The position numbers were made by a program, and so were the translations under genes. DNA of 64,000 nt, taken from the NCBI RefSeq assembly GCF_018977255.1, contig NW_024704763.1, positions 4,154,001-4,218,000 of the forward strand, read 5' to 3'. The notes under the pieces were generated by a model. The model did no database searches. It worked only from the letters and a program-made list of their open reading frames with translations, and had not been told where the DNA came from. Source of the DNA: Callorhinchus milii. Lineage: Eukaryota. Positions 1 to 12,400 of this stretch are shown piece after piece (within the stretch, counting starts at the first letter, position 1; the number at the start of each line of letters is the position of its first letter).

Positions 1-505
1 GCCCGGAGCCCCTCAGAGAGCGGAGCCACCGCCAGCGCTCGAGAAAACGCCATCTCCCTCCCCTTTACCCGGTCCCACCCTGTATCCAGCATCACCGGAC
101 ACAATCAACCTGGCTTTTGGTTCCGAGGTACAAATGTTCCCACCAGGTGTCGCAAAGGCAGTGCAAGTGCAGGTGCGTCGGACCTTCGAAAGACCAAGGC
201 AGCCAACACTTCTAACGAGAGACCCCGTCAAACAGGCTCTCACACAGTAGTGAAACAGGCCCCAGAGGAACGACCTCCAACGGTCAGCAAACTATATACA
301 TGACTATATGCAGGACATGACTTGTCAAGCCACTGCCTGGTGGTGGAAGGCGAACTAGATGGACTTTGGTCTTTCTCCCGAGCAAATTCTTATATATGTT
401 CTTAAGTGCAAAGCGGACCGGGCAGAAGCAACCGCTGGCCTCTCAACGCCGCTCTGTGACTCAGGTCTGGCAGTGAAGACCTTGGTCTATAGGAAGTGAC
501 TGCAA

Positions 506-682
506 AATAATAATAATAATAATAATCCTTGCATTTGATATAGCGCTTTTCACGTCGGGAGGACGTCCCAAAGCGCTTCACAGAACACACTGTCAAGTGA
601 ATTGACTGTATATTTGTGGGCGAACGCGGCAGCCAATTGCGCACAGCAATGTCCCACAAACAGTCGTAGATTGAAAACGACA
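506..682 (-). mobile_element. 5'-truncated SINE copy
   Basis: (TAA)n + CCTTGCATTTGATATAGCGCTTTTCACGTC...GTCCCACAAACAGTCG. Similar truncated copies at ~18090-18270(+), 26720-26845(-), 31393-31495(-), 34780-34895(+), 35325-35515(-), 52195-52265(-), 53338-53490(-), 54750-54990(-), 58420-58530(-), 63100-63320(-). Confidence 0.85.
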
Positions 683-3476
683 CAGCTGGGTGTCAAACAG
701 AATGCTCCCAGACTGCATGGGCTGAATGGCTTCGCTTGTTATAATACAGATTTCCATGTTTATTGCATCTGACTTTGAAAGATCCAGTTTTTAAGACAAA
801 CGTTTCTTCCCCACAATGGTGTTTAGCTTTACCATCCCTGAATTCCTCCGCCTCGCCCCCTCCCCCTCGCCTCTTTCGAGGTCCATTTCAAGACTTTTCT
901 CTTTGACTATGCCTTCCACACTCCTACCAACCCTCTTGATTCTAACCCCCAAGTTGGGGGCAAACCCATAACTACCCAGCGCCTTGGGATGTATTTCCAA
1001 CATGAAAAGTGCAGTATAAATGTAATTTATTGTAGTTTTGCTCACCAATCCATACATTGGAGGTAATATCTACTCTAGGCAGATGTATAGAAAGATATGT
1101 GGGCATGTAGGTAAATAGACACACACACACAATAATTTCAGGAATATGTCACAAAAGATCTCACAAACAAACGAATTTCACGTCAAATAATTTATTAATA
1201 ATTTGATGTGCAAAAATATCTCAAATATTGGAAGGTATAAAATGACTAAAACAGCATTCCCAGCATTCCCAGATCGCTGGAGATTCCTGTATCTAACACA
1301 AACCCTGATACGAGGTACAGGCGACAAGACTCTGCAGTCTGTGGAATTGACTGTACTCTGTGCTGCCCAATTTCAAAATGGTACCAGCATCGCCCGCAAT
1401 CACAATACTAGTTCTGCATAGCACAACTTAGCAGTTAGTGTAGGCATTTCACAGGTTCAAGGGTGACAAGGACCCCTTTTACATAACTTCTTACAACAAT
1501 GACAATGCTCTACCACCAGTCAGTTAAATTTGTATATTTGGGGGAAAAAATGTATGTGTAAAATAAAGGGTTTGAGAATGAATATTTCCTCACCTTTTCA
1601 CCCAGTTTCAGCATCAAAGACTCACTGATGGGTGCAGCATAGGACAAATACAGACTTAGGCTCTCTCTACTCTGCCTCAAATCTACTTTGGAACTCTATT
1701 CCTTACTGCACGAGTGAACAATCTTCCATTTTGCATCGAACATCCTTGAGACCACCACAAGTAAGTTTAACTAAGTTTTATTTTATTATTTTATTAAAGC
1801 CAAATTATGGACAGCTTTGTAACTTGGACTTTCACCCATTGAGAATTGGGTTCACTTCTAAAATGAATTATGCTTAGAGCCAGTAAAGGAAAATTTTCAC
1901 CCCCATCAGTGTGGACTGGATTCAATAGAAATCCCAGAAAAAGTATGCCAACCCAATCCATCACCTATCTCCTTCCCTATATTGTTAAGAATGCCACATG
2001 CATGCAGGTTGTGTAATCGAGCATTGTTGCTTGGGAAGCAAGTTACTAAAGCTGTGGCCAGATAGATCCAATAAAGAGGCAAAGAGAAGAAAGGAAAAAC
2101 AATGTAAAAACTAAATAAGAAATGCTCTTTCAGGTCCCCATTGACAGCAGTCTCCATTAAACATAAATATGCCCTTTGGTTCGCATGCAAATCCTAAGCT
2201 TTCTTAAGATCACTTCGAATGAATGTTGCTGGGATTTGAACCCAGAACATTGTGGTCCAGAGTGCAGTGTTCAACTGACTGAGCTCATCAACCCAACCCG
2301 ACCAGAAAGAGAAGAAAAATCAAAATAAATAGAAGAAATTAAAATAATGACCAAACAGGTACATGAAATATAAAGTAAACTTCAATATTGACAGACTGTA
2401 CTCTTTCCCCATACACCATGCATTCCCTTAAATATCAAATCACATTGGCTCCAAATATATGTTCAGATCAATTATATCCATACTTTGCTAGGGGCTTTCT
2501 CACTTGGATGTATTCAGAAAAAAAATGATAAATATATGAAAAAAATCAGTCTACAGCAGTGGTTCTCATTGTGCAGCCCAAGGGCCATTGTGATCCTCTC
2601 CCCATCACCTGTGGCCCTCCGCAAACTTGCTGCTCCATGTGCATCTTAGCCTCCATTCAAGGCCTGCCTATGGGATGTTGAGCGAACTGGGATTCAATGC
2701 TGTTCCCTCTCCTTTTCTTGCTCTCCTGCAAAGGGAAGGGAATGCCATTAGGAGACAGGGCTATCCCAGCTTCCATACAGCAAGTGAAGGACCCTATTCA
2801 ACTAGAATTATTGATCCTACAGTTTTCACCCTCCCCTAATTCTCGCGGATTCACATTTATCCTCCACTTTCTAATTGTCTCGCATCTCTAGTGGGTAATT
2901 GCTGGCAAAAACCCACATCCTGTTGCTCTGTGGTGACGGGGTGTTGCAACATTACTGAGAGTAGCTGTCAAGCAAGTACACTGTGTACACAAGTACAAGC
3001 AAGTAGACTGTGGCCCTTGACAGAGAGTCAATAACACTGGTCTGCAAGAAAAGTCTGATTGTAATCTGGGAAGGCTGGTAATGCACACGTGAATGAGAAG
3101 TCTCAGTGAGGCAGAGTTAACAGGGTTTTAATCAATGCAAGGTCGGTTTACAGTTTTGATCGGGTGAGAGCTAGCCCAGCAGGAATCCATACATCATCAA
3201 TATACTCTAATGAGTCTCGGAGAGATGATCAGCAATGACAAGAAGAAATACTTTTGTTACACAAGGTAAAAAACATATCATTTCCATTTATTTGGCTTAT
3301 TTTGCTCACTGTTTAGAAAAGGCTTCGTGAACTTTTCTCAACAAACAAGACAAAGTGCCCATTGCTCGTCAGGTTTGGGTCATTTTTATAGTTTTATAGC
3401 ACAAGCTTGATTGTCTATCGAGGAATTCTCTGACTGAAGACTTGAAAGGGAATCTGAGATAGTCCACTGCAATGGA

Positions 3477-6400
3477 TCAATTCAATCTTCTGACATAAAA
3501 GAATAGGTGAAATTGGTTATTAAATTACTCCCAAGTAAAATGATAATAATCATTCTACAATTGTAGATCAAGCATTAAGTACCCTGTTCCCTCCTGCTCA
3601 CCCAATTATTCTACTTCCCCACTGAAGGAAGTGGCATGCTGCTGATTAGGTTTGCAGATACTCCTCACTCTCCACGTGCTCAACAGCTGTTCTCATGTGG
3701 GAGTGTGGACAACAAATGCCATCAGGCTGTTTAACCTGTGAAGGCAGTACAGCTGAGCTAGATGTCCTGATATATGGACTTTCCAGCAAGAAATGAAGCA
3801 CTGGATAGAGAATATTAGAAACAATCAGGATACAAGCACCACTCTCTGTGGGAGTTCATACAACACACCACCAAATACAGACAATACTGGACCCTTTCAT
3901 TGTTTTTTTATACAATTTTTTTTGTCCAGCCCCAACTTCTACCTAGCATTCCTCTGTTGTCTTAGTCTAATTAGAAGGTTTCAATTCCAAAATCGCTTAA
4001 AACTTTCTGAAAGTCAACAATACTATAGGGAGACTGCTATCTACCTTTTTTGGAACACCATCAAAGAAATCAAGGACATCATCCTCCCTTCTAAACCCAA
4101 GTAGACATAAATAAATGCCTGCTGTATACCTACTACCACAGCCTGTTCCTTGGCATAGATTCCATTATTTGTGTATCACTGACAATGGACTAACAAACCT
4201 GTAATTGTCTGTCTTTTTTCCTGCGATATCTTGGCAGTGCTTCAGAGAGACAGCTGATGCCCCAGATATTTACACTCATAGCCTAAGAGAATAGGTCTAG
4301 ATTTACCTGAGGTCAGATTGAAGCACATTAAGTATGTTCGCTCGGTTTGACAAATTGGATCGTTGATTCATGGGGGCTCGGGCTGAGACTACAGTAAGTC
4401 CATGGGTTACAGGGATGCCTGCATTACTCTTCATGTTTGGCAGGCTGGAGGCCGTGCCTGGATTAGTCAGACGTGCAGTAACTGGGTTTCCAGGGTTGCT
4501 GAGGTTGTTCATGGAACTTGTAAACATGTTGCCACTTCGATTTGGTCTCACTTCCTGCACTGAATTGTCTGTATGAGCACACAACACAATACAGTAAATG
4601 GATTCCAGACCAAAAAAACACAAGTATGTACACATATAATGTTCTTCAGTATTTATCCCACCCTCTAATTTCCAGATCACGGGTTCTGGATTCCAATAAG
4701 CAGTTTGGCAGTCTGGATATAAGATGAATTGTGTTAAATCCAGTGCCACCCATGGGGTTCACACAGCAACCTGGAATTACTCTTCAGCCCTGTTGGTTAA
4801 ATTAAAGTTTTCAAAGTTAGGAATCTGATCTGTCCTCCTCTCCCGAACCAATGTCTCAACAACAATAAATTATATTTATCTAGAGCTTTTCACGTTGGGA
4901 GGATGTCCTAAGGCGCTGGACAATGAGGGGTCTGCACCCAGACTGTGGTTTGGGATCAGAGGGGGATGGAGTGCAAGGGGGGTGGAGGAAGGGACCGAAG
5001 ACACAGTGGAAATAGATCAGAATCTCCCCCTTTCCCTCCCACCTTCAATTCCAAAAGGATCTCTTAGAATATTCAGTTCCAATTTGACAGTTAACACCAG
5101 AATAGGCTTAATGGCCTCCTCTGGTGTAATTTCTAAGATTGCATGATTTTCTCAACATTAATGAATTTACTTTTGGCACTTAACGAACGAGGACAGACTC
5201 CAGCTCCACTCAATCTTCCCTCTGGTGAACCATTCGCTTTCACGGTGACAACAGATTCATTCCAACCAACAGGATTGTGACTTCCTGACCACATCACACT
5301 TTTTCGCATGGGGAAGCGGTACTGAAAACGATGTGGTGGTAGCCCCATTCCGAGACTTGGGTTTCCCATACTTCCAAGGTGCACTGGAGGTTGTCCTTGG
5401 GGTCCCAGAAGTGTGGACCAGTTTATTGTAGGAGGGTTCAGGATTCCCAATTCTGACGAAGGATTCTTTCCCACAGAAGACAATGGGATACCAGATGCTG
5501 GTCCCTCATACTCCTGACTACAAGCTTGTTTGATGAAGGTTGGGTAATTAACTGACTGGAAAGAGAAGAGAACAAAGCGAGAGATTACAGGGGTGAGGTT
5601 TAGTTTGGTTTAATCTGTGACATATACCTCTGATGCCATTCTGCTGACTTTTAAATTAGCCTCTGTTTCTAAAATAACTGATCTTGTTTGAAAATTCCAT
5701 GTGTTTTCTGCCGAAGACAGCTCAATTCAATGCAAACACTGTTAGTGTTGCAGTACGAACTTTCTTTCACACACATTTTACACCTGATCTTAAGATATAG
5801 TTACACCAAAATAAAACAGTTCTATCTAGAAACACAATTCTTATTATCTTAAGTTTATTCCCTCTCCTTACTGACTGTTAACTAGTGGAAATAATTTGTA
5901 ACTATTTATCCTATCATAACCTTTCATTACCCTGAAGACCTCTATTAATTCACCTATTAATTAACTCAATTAACACTAATTTCTCAAATCTCCCTTCATA
6001 ACTGAAATCCCACATTCCTCGTAATCTGCTCACTTTCTCTTTGTAAAACTCCACATTTAAAATAACAATTTAGATGAGATGGTTCTGGAAGTGTGTAATA
6101 AGGTCACTTTCAAAAAAAATTTTTTTGCTACCTTTCAGCTCTTGCCTGAAGTAGGACTTCATTGACACTGTGTGAATGTAGACAATGACTGATGGTGGTA
6201 TATGATAGTGGGGGGTAGAGAGGCACATTACACATAAAAAATGAGAGGTCCCATAGGACACTCGGTGTCTCTACTACCTCAGTCAAAAACAGTGCCAAAG
6301 ACAAGGGGAGAGAATTGAGGCAAAAAAGTATTACACGCTGATTTTTTGGATCAGTGCTCTTCATACAAATCAGACTAATAGTCTGTGCTGGTATTTTTCT

Positions 6401-9400
6401 CCATATGAGCCACATAACGTAATCTCTTGCTCACATCAATATTTCAGATATGTAATCCCGTTTTAAAAGATTTCACCAGTAAAAAGATAATAATTGTGCA
6501 AGTGTCAGTCTGGCTCAATTTGTCACCCTCTCGCCTCTGGATCAGATGGTTGTGGGATCAAGACCTTCATTCGACCTTTAAGTGAACAATCCAATGCAGT
6601 ACAGGAGGAACACTGTATTGTCGGAGGTGCTATCCTTCAGATGAGACAAACCAAAGTTCCATCCGCTTGTTCAGGTGGTGTTAAAGATCCCATGACACTA
6701 TTAGAAAAAGAGAAGGGAGTATCTCCCAGTGTCCCAACCAAACAATCTTCCATATAAAATTGATCATTCACTTCATGGCTGTTTGTGAGGGCAAAGCCAT
6801 GTGCAAAATTTCTGGCATGTTCAACTACGAATACGCATGTGGAGCCCATTGCAACGTTTCTACATATAGGTGCTATAAAAATGCAAGGATTATTATTTAC
6901 TCACTTTATTTGAAGCACCTCCATAAAATAGGTGCTCCTGTGGTGGATTGCTGTTAACACCAGAGCTGTTCTGTAATAACCGGTAAACTTGTTCAATGAT
7001 TCCCAATGTACGCAAAAGATTTTCTCGCTGCATTAATCCACTGACTCGCTCCAATTCCTCCTCTTCTATGATATCCAGTGGCTTCATAATATCAATAGAT
7101 TCTGCCAACATCTGCAACAGGAGGATGCTTCAGTTAGCAAAAGCAGCCGGAAACCAATAACTGTCCCATGGAAAACATTGAATCCAAGATTTGAGGGATC
7201 AATACACTTTAAACAAAAAAAGATTAAAAGGCAATGAAATTGTCTTTGAATTCTTCTCTCAGACATTAGTCTCATCCTTAAAAAATCTGTGTTTGAAACA
7301 ATAACAACTTGCACTTATATACCACCCTTTACATAGGGTAGAGCCCAGAGTGCTTGAATCTAGCCTTAGGCAATAGAGGAGAACAAAACAACTCGACAAG
7401 ACAGTGAAATCCTGCTTTTAAATCTGTAACTTTTTTCTGACTGGTACAAAATGACTAGAATACCTGGCAAATAAGTAATCTTGCAAAACATACATTAGAT
7501 TTTTTTCCTGCAGTTGTGTACTCCCACCAAGATGGGTGGAGCTGTGGGTGGGGTGGGGGGTTGGTGAAGAAAGTGTTGCTGAAGGTTAACACAACAATAC
7601 CTGTAAAATGCGACTTCCCATATAGCACAACAAGTTTATCAGTGAGTAGCTGAATTCCATAAACTGAGAAAGTCATACGTCCAATACTTGATCTGTGCCA
7701 AGTTAGCTGATCTCAGCCTGCGGTGCAGCAATTGGGCTATAACTGATCTCAGTATTTGTTCATTCTCAGATTATGGAGGGGGAAACCACTAGATTTCTTA
7801 GTTCTTCTCCTCCATCCTACAATGGGGTGAGTTTTTTCAGGCTTCCAGTCTGTATGGTTCAGCCACTCACTGGATAAATTCACTACACCATCAGAAGAGC
7901 CACATTTTATGATCTGAAAGTAAACATACAGTGATCCAATCTATGACACACGAGCATAAAGTTCTACAAATGTTGAATATTAATGCATTCCTTTCTAGAC
8001 TTGTTGTTAGTGTATTATACGTAAGTGTTGTGAAAGTACGAAATGGTACTCGTGTCTTTACATTCCTGACTGATGCGCACGGTTTGCGGTAGAGGGCTCT
8101 CCGGGTGAGCGACTGCAGTGGTGGCCTTTCCCCTGCCGACTCCCCCTGCAAGCTGCTGTCCTTCAATCGCCTGCTTTTCGCCAAGGACTCTTTTGGTTCA
8201 TTTTTCAATCGGATCTCCTCCAACTGTTGCCTGCAGCACATGTAGTTAATTGGTCGTTATTCAGTATTTTCTATCAATGCCTTGCATCCTACACATTGTG
8301 TGTGTGTGTTAACATATTTTAATATCTAGTGCAATATCTTATACTGGTTTTGATTGTGATCACCAAGGGGGAGGCAGCCATATTAATGTTCAGAAAAAGA
8401 ATGATTTCTTAATTCAGGCATCCATCATTGGTATTCGGTACCCCTAAGTAAAACCCAGGTTAGAATAAAGCTCCCTTTACAGGACCTAATCAGCACATAT
8501 TAGAAACAGATTAGAAACTCATTGAAAGGTCATATTCTTTGTTTCTGTCTTAGCAGTGAAGTAAAGGACGTTCACTTTCTCTGACCGGCAACTGTTTCCA
8601 GAGAGTGAACATGGGATGTGTCAAAGCTGTGGTGTGTGCAAAGCTAGCCTATTATCCAAAATGTTGATTAAGAGGTCTTGAGAAGTGTTAGAGTTCAGAC
8701 CTGGCACACTCCTCCCTCGCTTTGGAAGCCACTGTCTCCTGAAAAAGGGACCCACTGTGTTTGAAGAAAAGGTCATATTTGTCAGAGTCTGGTTGCGGGT
8801 ATATTCTGCGGAATCCACCCAAGTGCTTCATCCTCATACTTCTCTGACTGCTGAAGCCAGACCGCCTGGTTGTTTTCATTCTGCTCCCGCCTATGGAGGA
8901 AAGAGATCCAGAGTTGAATGATCTGTTGTGGGATTATTTCTGTTGCATTACAGAAAAAGTTTTCAAGTTAAAGACCAATAACAGCATTAAGAGAGGGCCT
9001 TGAGACAAGAAAAGGTTTGGTTTTAACAGATAAACTTTTGTTATATTCGGTGGTGTGCAGAAAGTTGAATGGTGATCTGACTGAGGAGTTCAAACCGTCT
9101 AGGAATTAATCCAGAACCACCAGACTTCAGAGTGGGACCACATTCTTTAACACTCATTGATAATTTAGGAAAGTTACCAAATAGTTATACTGTATATTGG
9201 ATACAATAATTTGTACCTCAATTCACGAGATTTGTGGCGATGCAACAACCGTTCCTGTATCCTCCGCCTGTCTTCCTCAATCACCTTTCGCTTGTCACAA
9301 GCTCCGAGGTTTATCAAGCAAATTGTGTCATACAGCAAATTGTCCTTCACCTCTCGATCCAGCTTGGAGTCTGTAGTAAAGCTGGGCGAGTGGTTTACCT

Positions 9401-12400
9401 GCAAAACAATGGGCAGATTACAGAATCTGCAGGGATATACAGTTTCGTAGTCACTGTACACATCACATTCATTTTAATTATCATGCAATCTACAATAACA
9501 ACCTGCCCTAATCCAGCGCCTTTCCTATAGGATGACAAACTTGACTATCCTAATTATTGATTGTGTCCAATAATACAAACCTCATGACCCAACTCCACCA
9601 TAGGTGGCTGTTGAAGAGAACTCCACAACACATTTAAAATGCAAATGAATAAATATACCAGGAAAACATTATTAAAGAGTGTGAGAAACAAAGCAGGGAA
9701 ATGGGTTTGAGTAGATAGTTAGCATAATGTGCCAGCCTGGATCAGCTGATAATAATAATATGAATCATAAGGTTATGAATTCAAGCCCCACATTGGGACT
9801 CGTGTGCTGCATTGTCGGAGATCCCATTCTTCCAATGAGATGTTAAATTAAGGTCATGTCTGCCTGTTCAGGTGGATGTTAAAGATCCAATGACAAAATC
9901 CAAAGGGAAGGGAGGTTCTCCCTCCAGCTAACGTTGGCCATTCACTTCATGGCTGTTTGTGGTACATTAGAGAGGGGAAAATCAATCAGGGTTCATGCTC
10001 TTGAATGCTATTTCAAAGCCTGGAATTAGTTTAGGATTAGGCTTGGCTGCCACATTTAACTGAGGTTATCAGTGAGCAACCATCACCAACCCCCCACCAC
10101 CCCCAATCTGCACTCCATCCTGAACGTCTGCTTTTCAGGAGAGAAATAAAGACAATCGAAGAAAATTTGAGAGGATAAACTATTCCCTGCAACATTAGAA
10201 CATAAACTCAGCACAATTTTAATTGAAATTATTTTTTGATTTATTGTAACAATGAAATATAACCAACATACGCTTTACATGGCACCTTTCATGTAGAAGA
10301 ATGTCTTGCAGCACTTTACATGGGTGATGTGGGACCCACAACAAGTTGGTACAAAAAGCGGGTAGAGGGAAGGTGACCAAAAGCACAGTTGAAGAAGTAG
10401 GTTTTTAAGCGTTTAAGATAGGTACAGAGAGAGTGAGGTGGAAGGAAGTGCACAAGGTTGCTGAGTTAGTTGATTATGGATGGGGAAGGGCCTGGAGGGA
10501 TTCGACAACACACTTGAAGATTTCATAACACTTGAGTTCATTCAAAATTGATTTGAATTGATTCTCCTGATTCTTCAATCCTCTTTGGCCTATTCAGTTA
10601 TGTTCCTTATTTAGTCTGCATTTCTTTGCATGTCTTCAGCTTCTGCCTTAATACCTTTATTATTAATCATACCTCATTCATTATTCACCTACCTCCAGGA
10701 GCCATGGCTTCAGATTGCGGTCCACTAGAACATCAAATCCTAAGATCTCAAAGCAAGCGCTGCCAGCAGTGTGACTGGGAAAACAAGTCCGGTAACTGTG
10801 CTTTAAGATTGGATAAGCAGAGATCAGCGTTTTAATGATAACATCTTCAATGTCTGCCCAAACCTTGGCATGGTCATACCCATTTTCATCCAGCCACGTG
10901 TTGAATGTGGACAGTTTTCTATAATGGATAGAACAGAGTATGAATGGATAATTACAGCCATTTAGAATAGGGATAGAAAGATAGATATTGTTTTACTGTT
11001 TTATTGCATTCTGTGCCACTGAATCCATTTTTATATCATGGATCCAGTGGCACAGAATGCAATACTGAAGTCTAGGCACTGCCAAACAATATTGTATTGT
11101 TTAGTGTTACTTTTTGATCTGTAGACTTTGCCACTGTATTTTGGAAGATAAGTATCATGGTTCGTACTTACTTATGTGGTGGTGATAATGTCAATGCATA
11201 AGTGAAAAGGTTGAAGGTACTGTGTAAATGGTGGGGATGAAGTCTTCATGTAAATGGTTAGGATGAAGTTTTTGCCATAAGTAGTGGATATGAAGTTATT
11301 GTGCAATTGGCAGGAATGAAGGAATGGGCTGATGAATTCTAGGTTTACGATCAAATTTGCAAGTTAAAGCCATTAAAATGTACCTTTTGCTGCTGCTGTC
11401 ACCATCTCTAACAAAGTTCTTGCTGTGCTTGTTGATAGCGTAGTTTGTCAAGTGCATGCAAACATCATCCTTAACAATAGTGAAAGACTTTAGTGGTTTG
11501 GACATGGGTAACAACTCACTACCATAAAGAATACAATAGCAGATGCTTTAAATACCAGCTCTGGAGAGATAAAGAGAGATAAACTGCAGTAACAACACTA
11601 GCCAAAACAAACCATTAATCATTCTCATCTGATCTTCTACTTGAAAGCCATCTATCTGCAAATAGTGTCAGTTGCTATCTTCATATTACAAGATTACAAA
11701 GAATATACAGCACACAGCCCAATCGGTCCCTGTTGGTGTTTATACATGAGTCTCCACCCATTCCTTACTCCCTCCCATAATCTTTTATTCATTGTACCAC
11801 TACCGGGCAAAATCCTGTTCTGCAACAGCGGATGAGACAATGGGCTGCCTCCAGGATATATTTGCAAGCTTCCCAATCGCAACTAGTGGGTAAAAAATAC
11901 ACCATGGGATGTGATACTGAATCATACAGATCAAGACAGAGCATTAATAATAGCAATGGAGAACAATAATTGGCCTCTGGCAGCTGGGCTAGAAATTGGA
12001 AGGAGGTGGGTGAAAATAGTCAAGGCTCCTACTCAAACATTGCCAAGGATCAACATAAGGTGAGTTATTGGCGGGAATTCAGTGCTCCTGGAATTTAAAT
12101 CAGCATAAGTCTGAAATTTCATAGAATTGTAGTATATTACAACACATAGAGAAGCTGTTTACCCCAATTGGGCTAGTATTTTTCTCTGAGCCAATCTATT
12201 CATATTCTCCTGCTCATTCCCCACTCTTTAATATTTCTTCTCTTCAATTCTTTTTTAAAAAGAATACCTCAACTACAGCTCATAGCACAGAATTACACAC
12301 GCTCCCCACCCTCAGGTAGAGGGACAGCAAAAGTAAGGAGAAAAGAGAAATCAAAGATTGCTGAACTCACATTCATGACTATTATTCAGTTAATTGAACA

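Noticed and set aside
1-303. GC-rich stretch open in several frames at the window edge
   Set aside because: No recognisable protein (including NGRN) or repeat; cannot be assigned without the flanking sequence
402-683. Recurrent small ORFs ([20 protein letters not shown]...KCKDYYY)
   Set aside because: Translations of SINE copies, with variable frames and stops between copies
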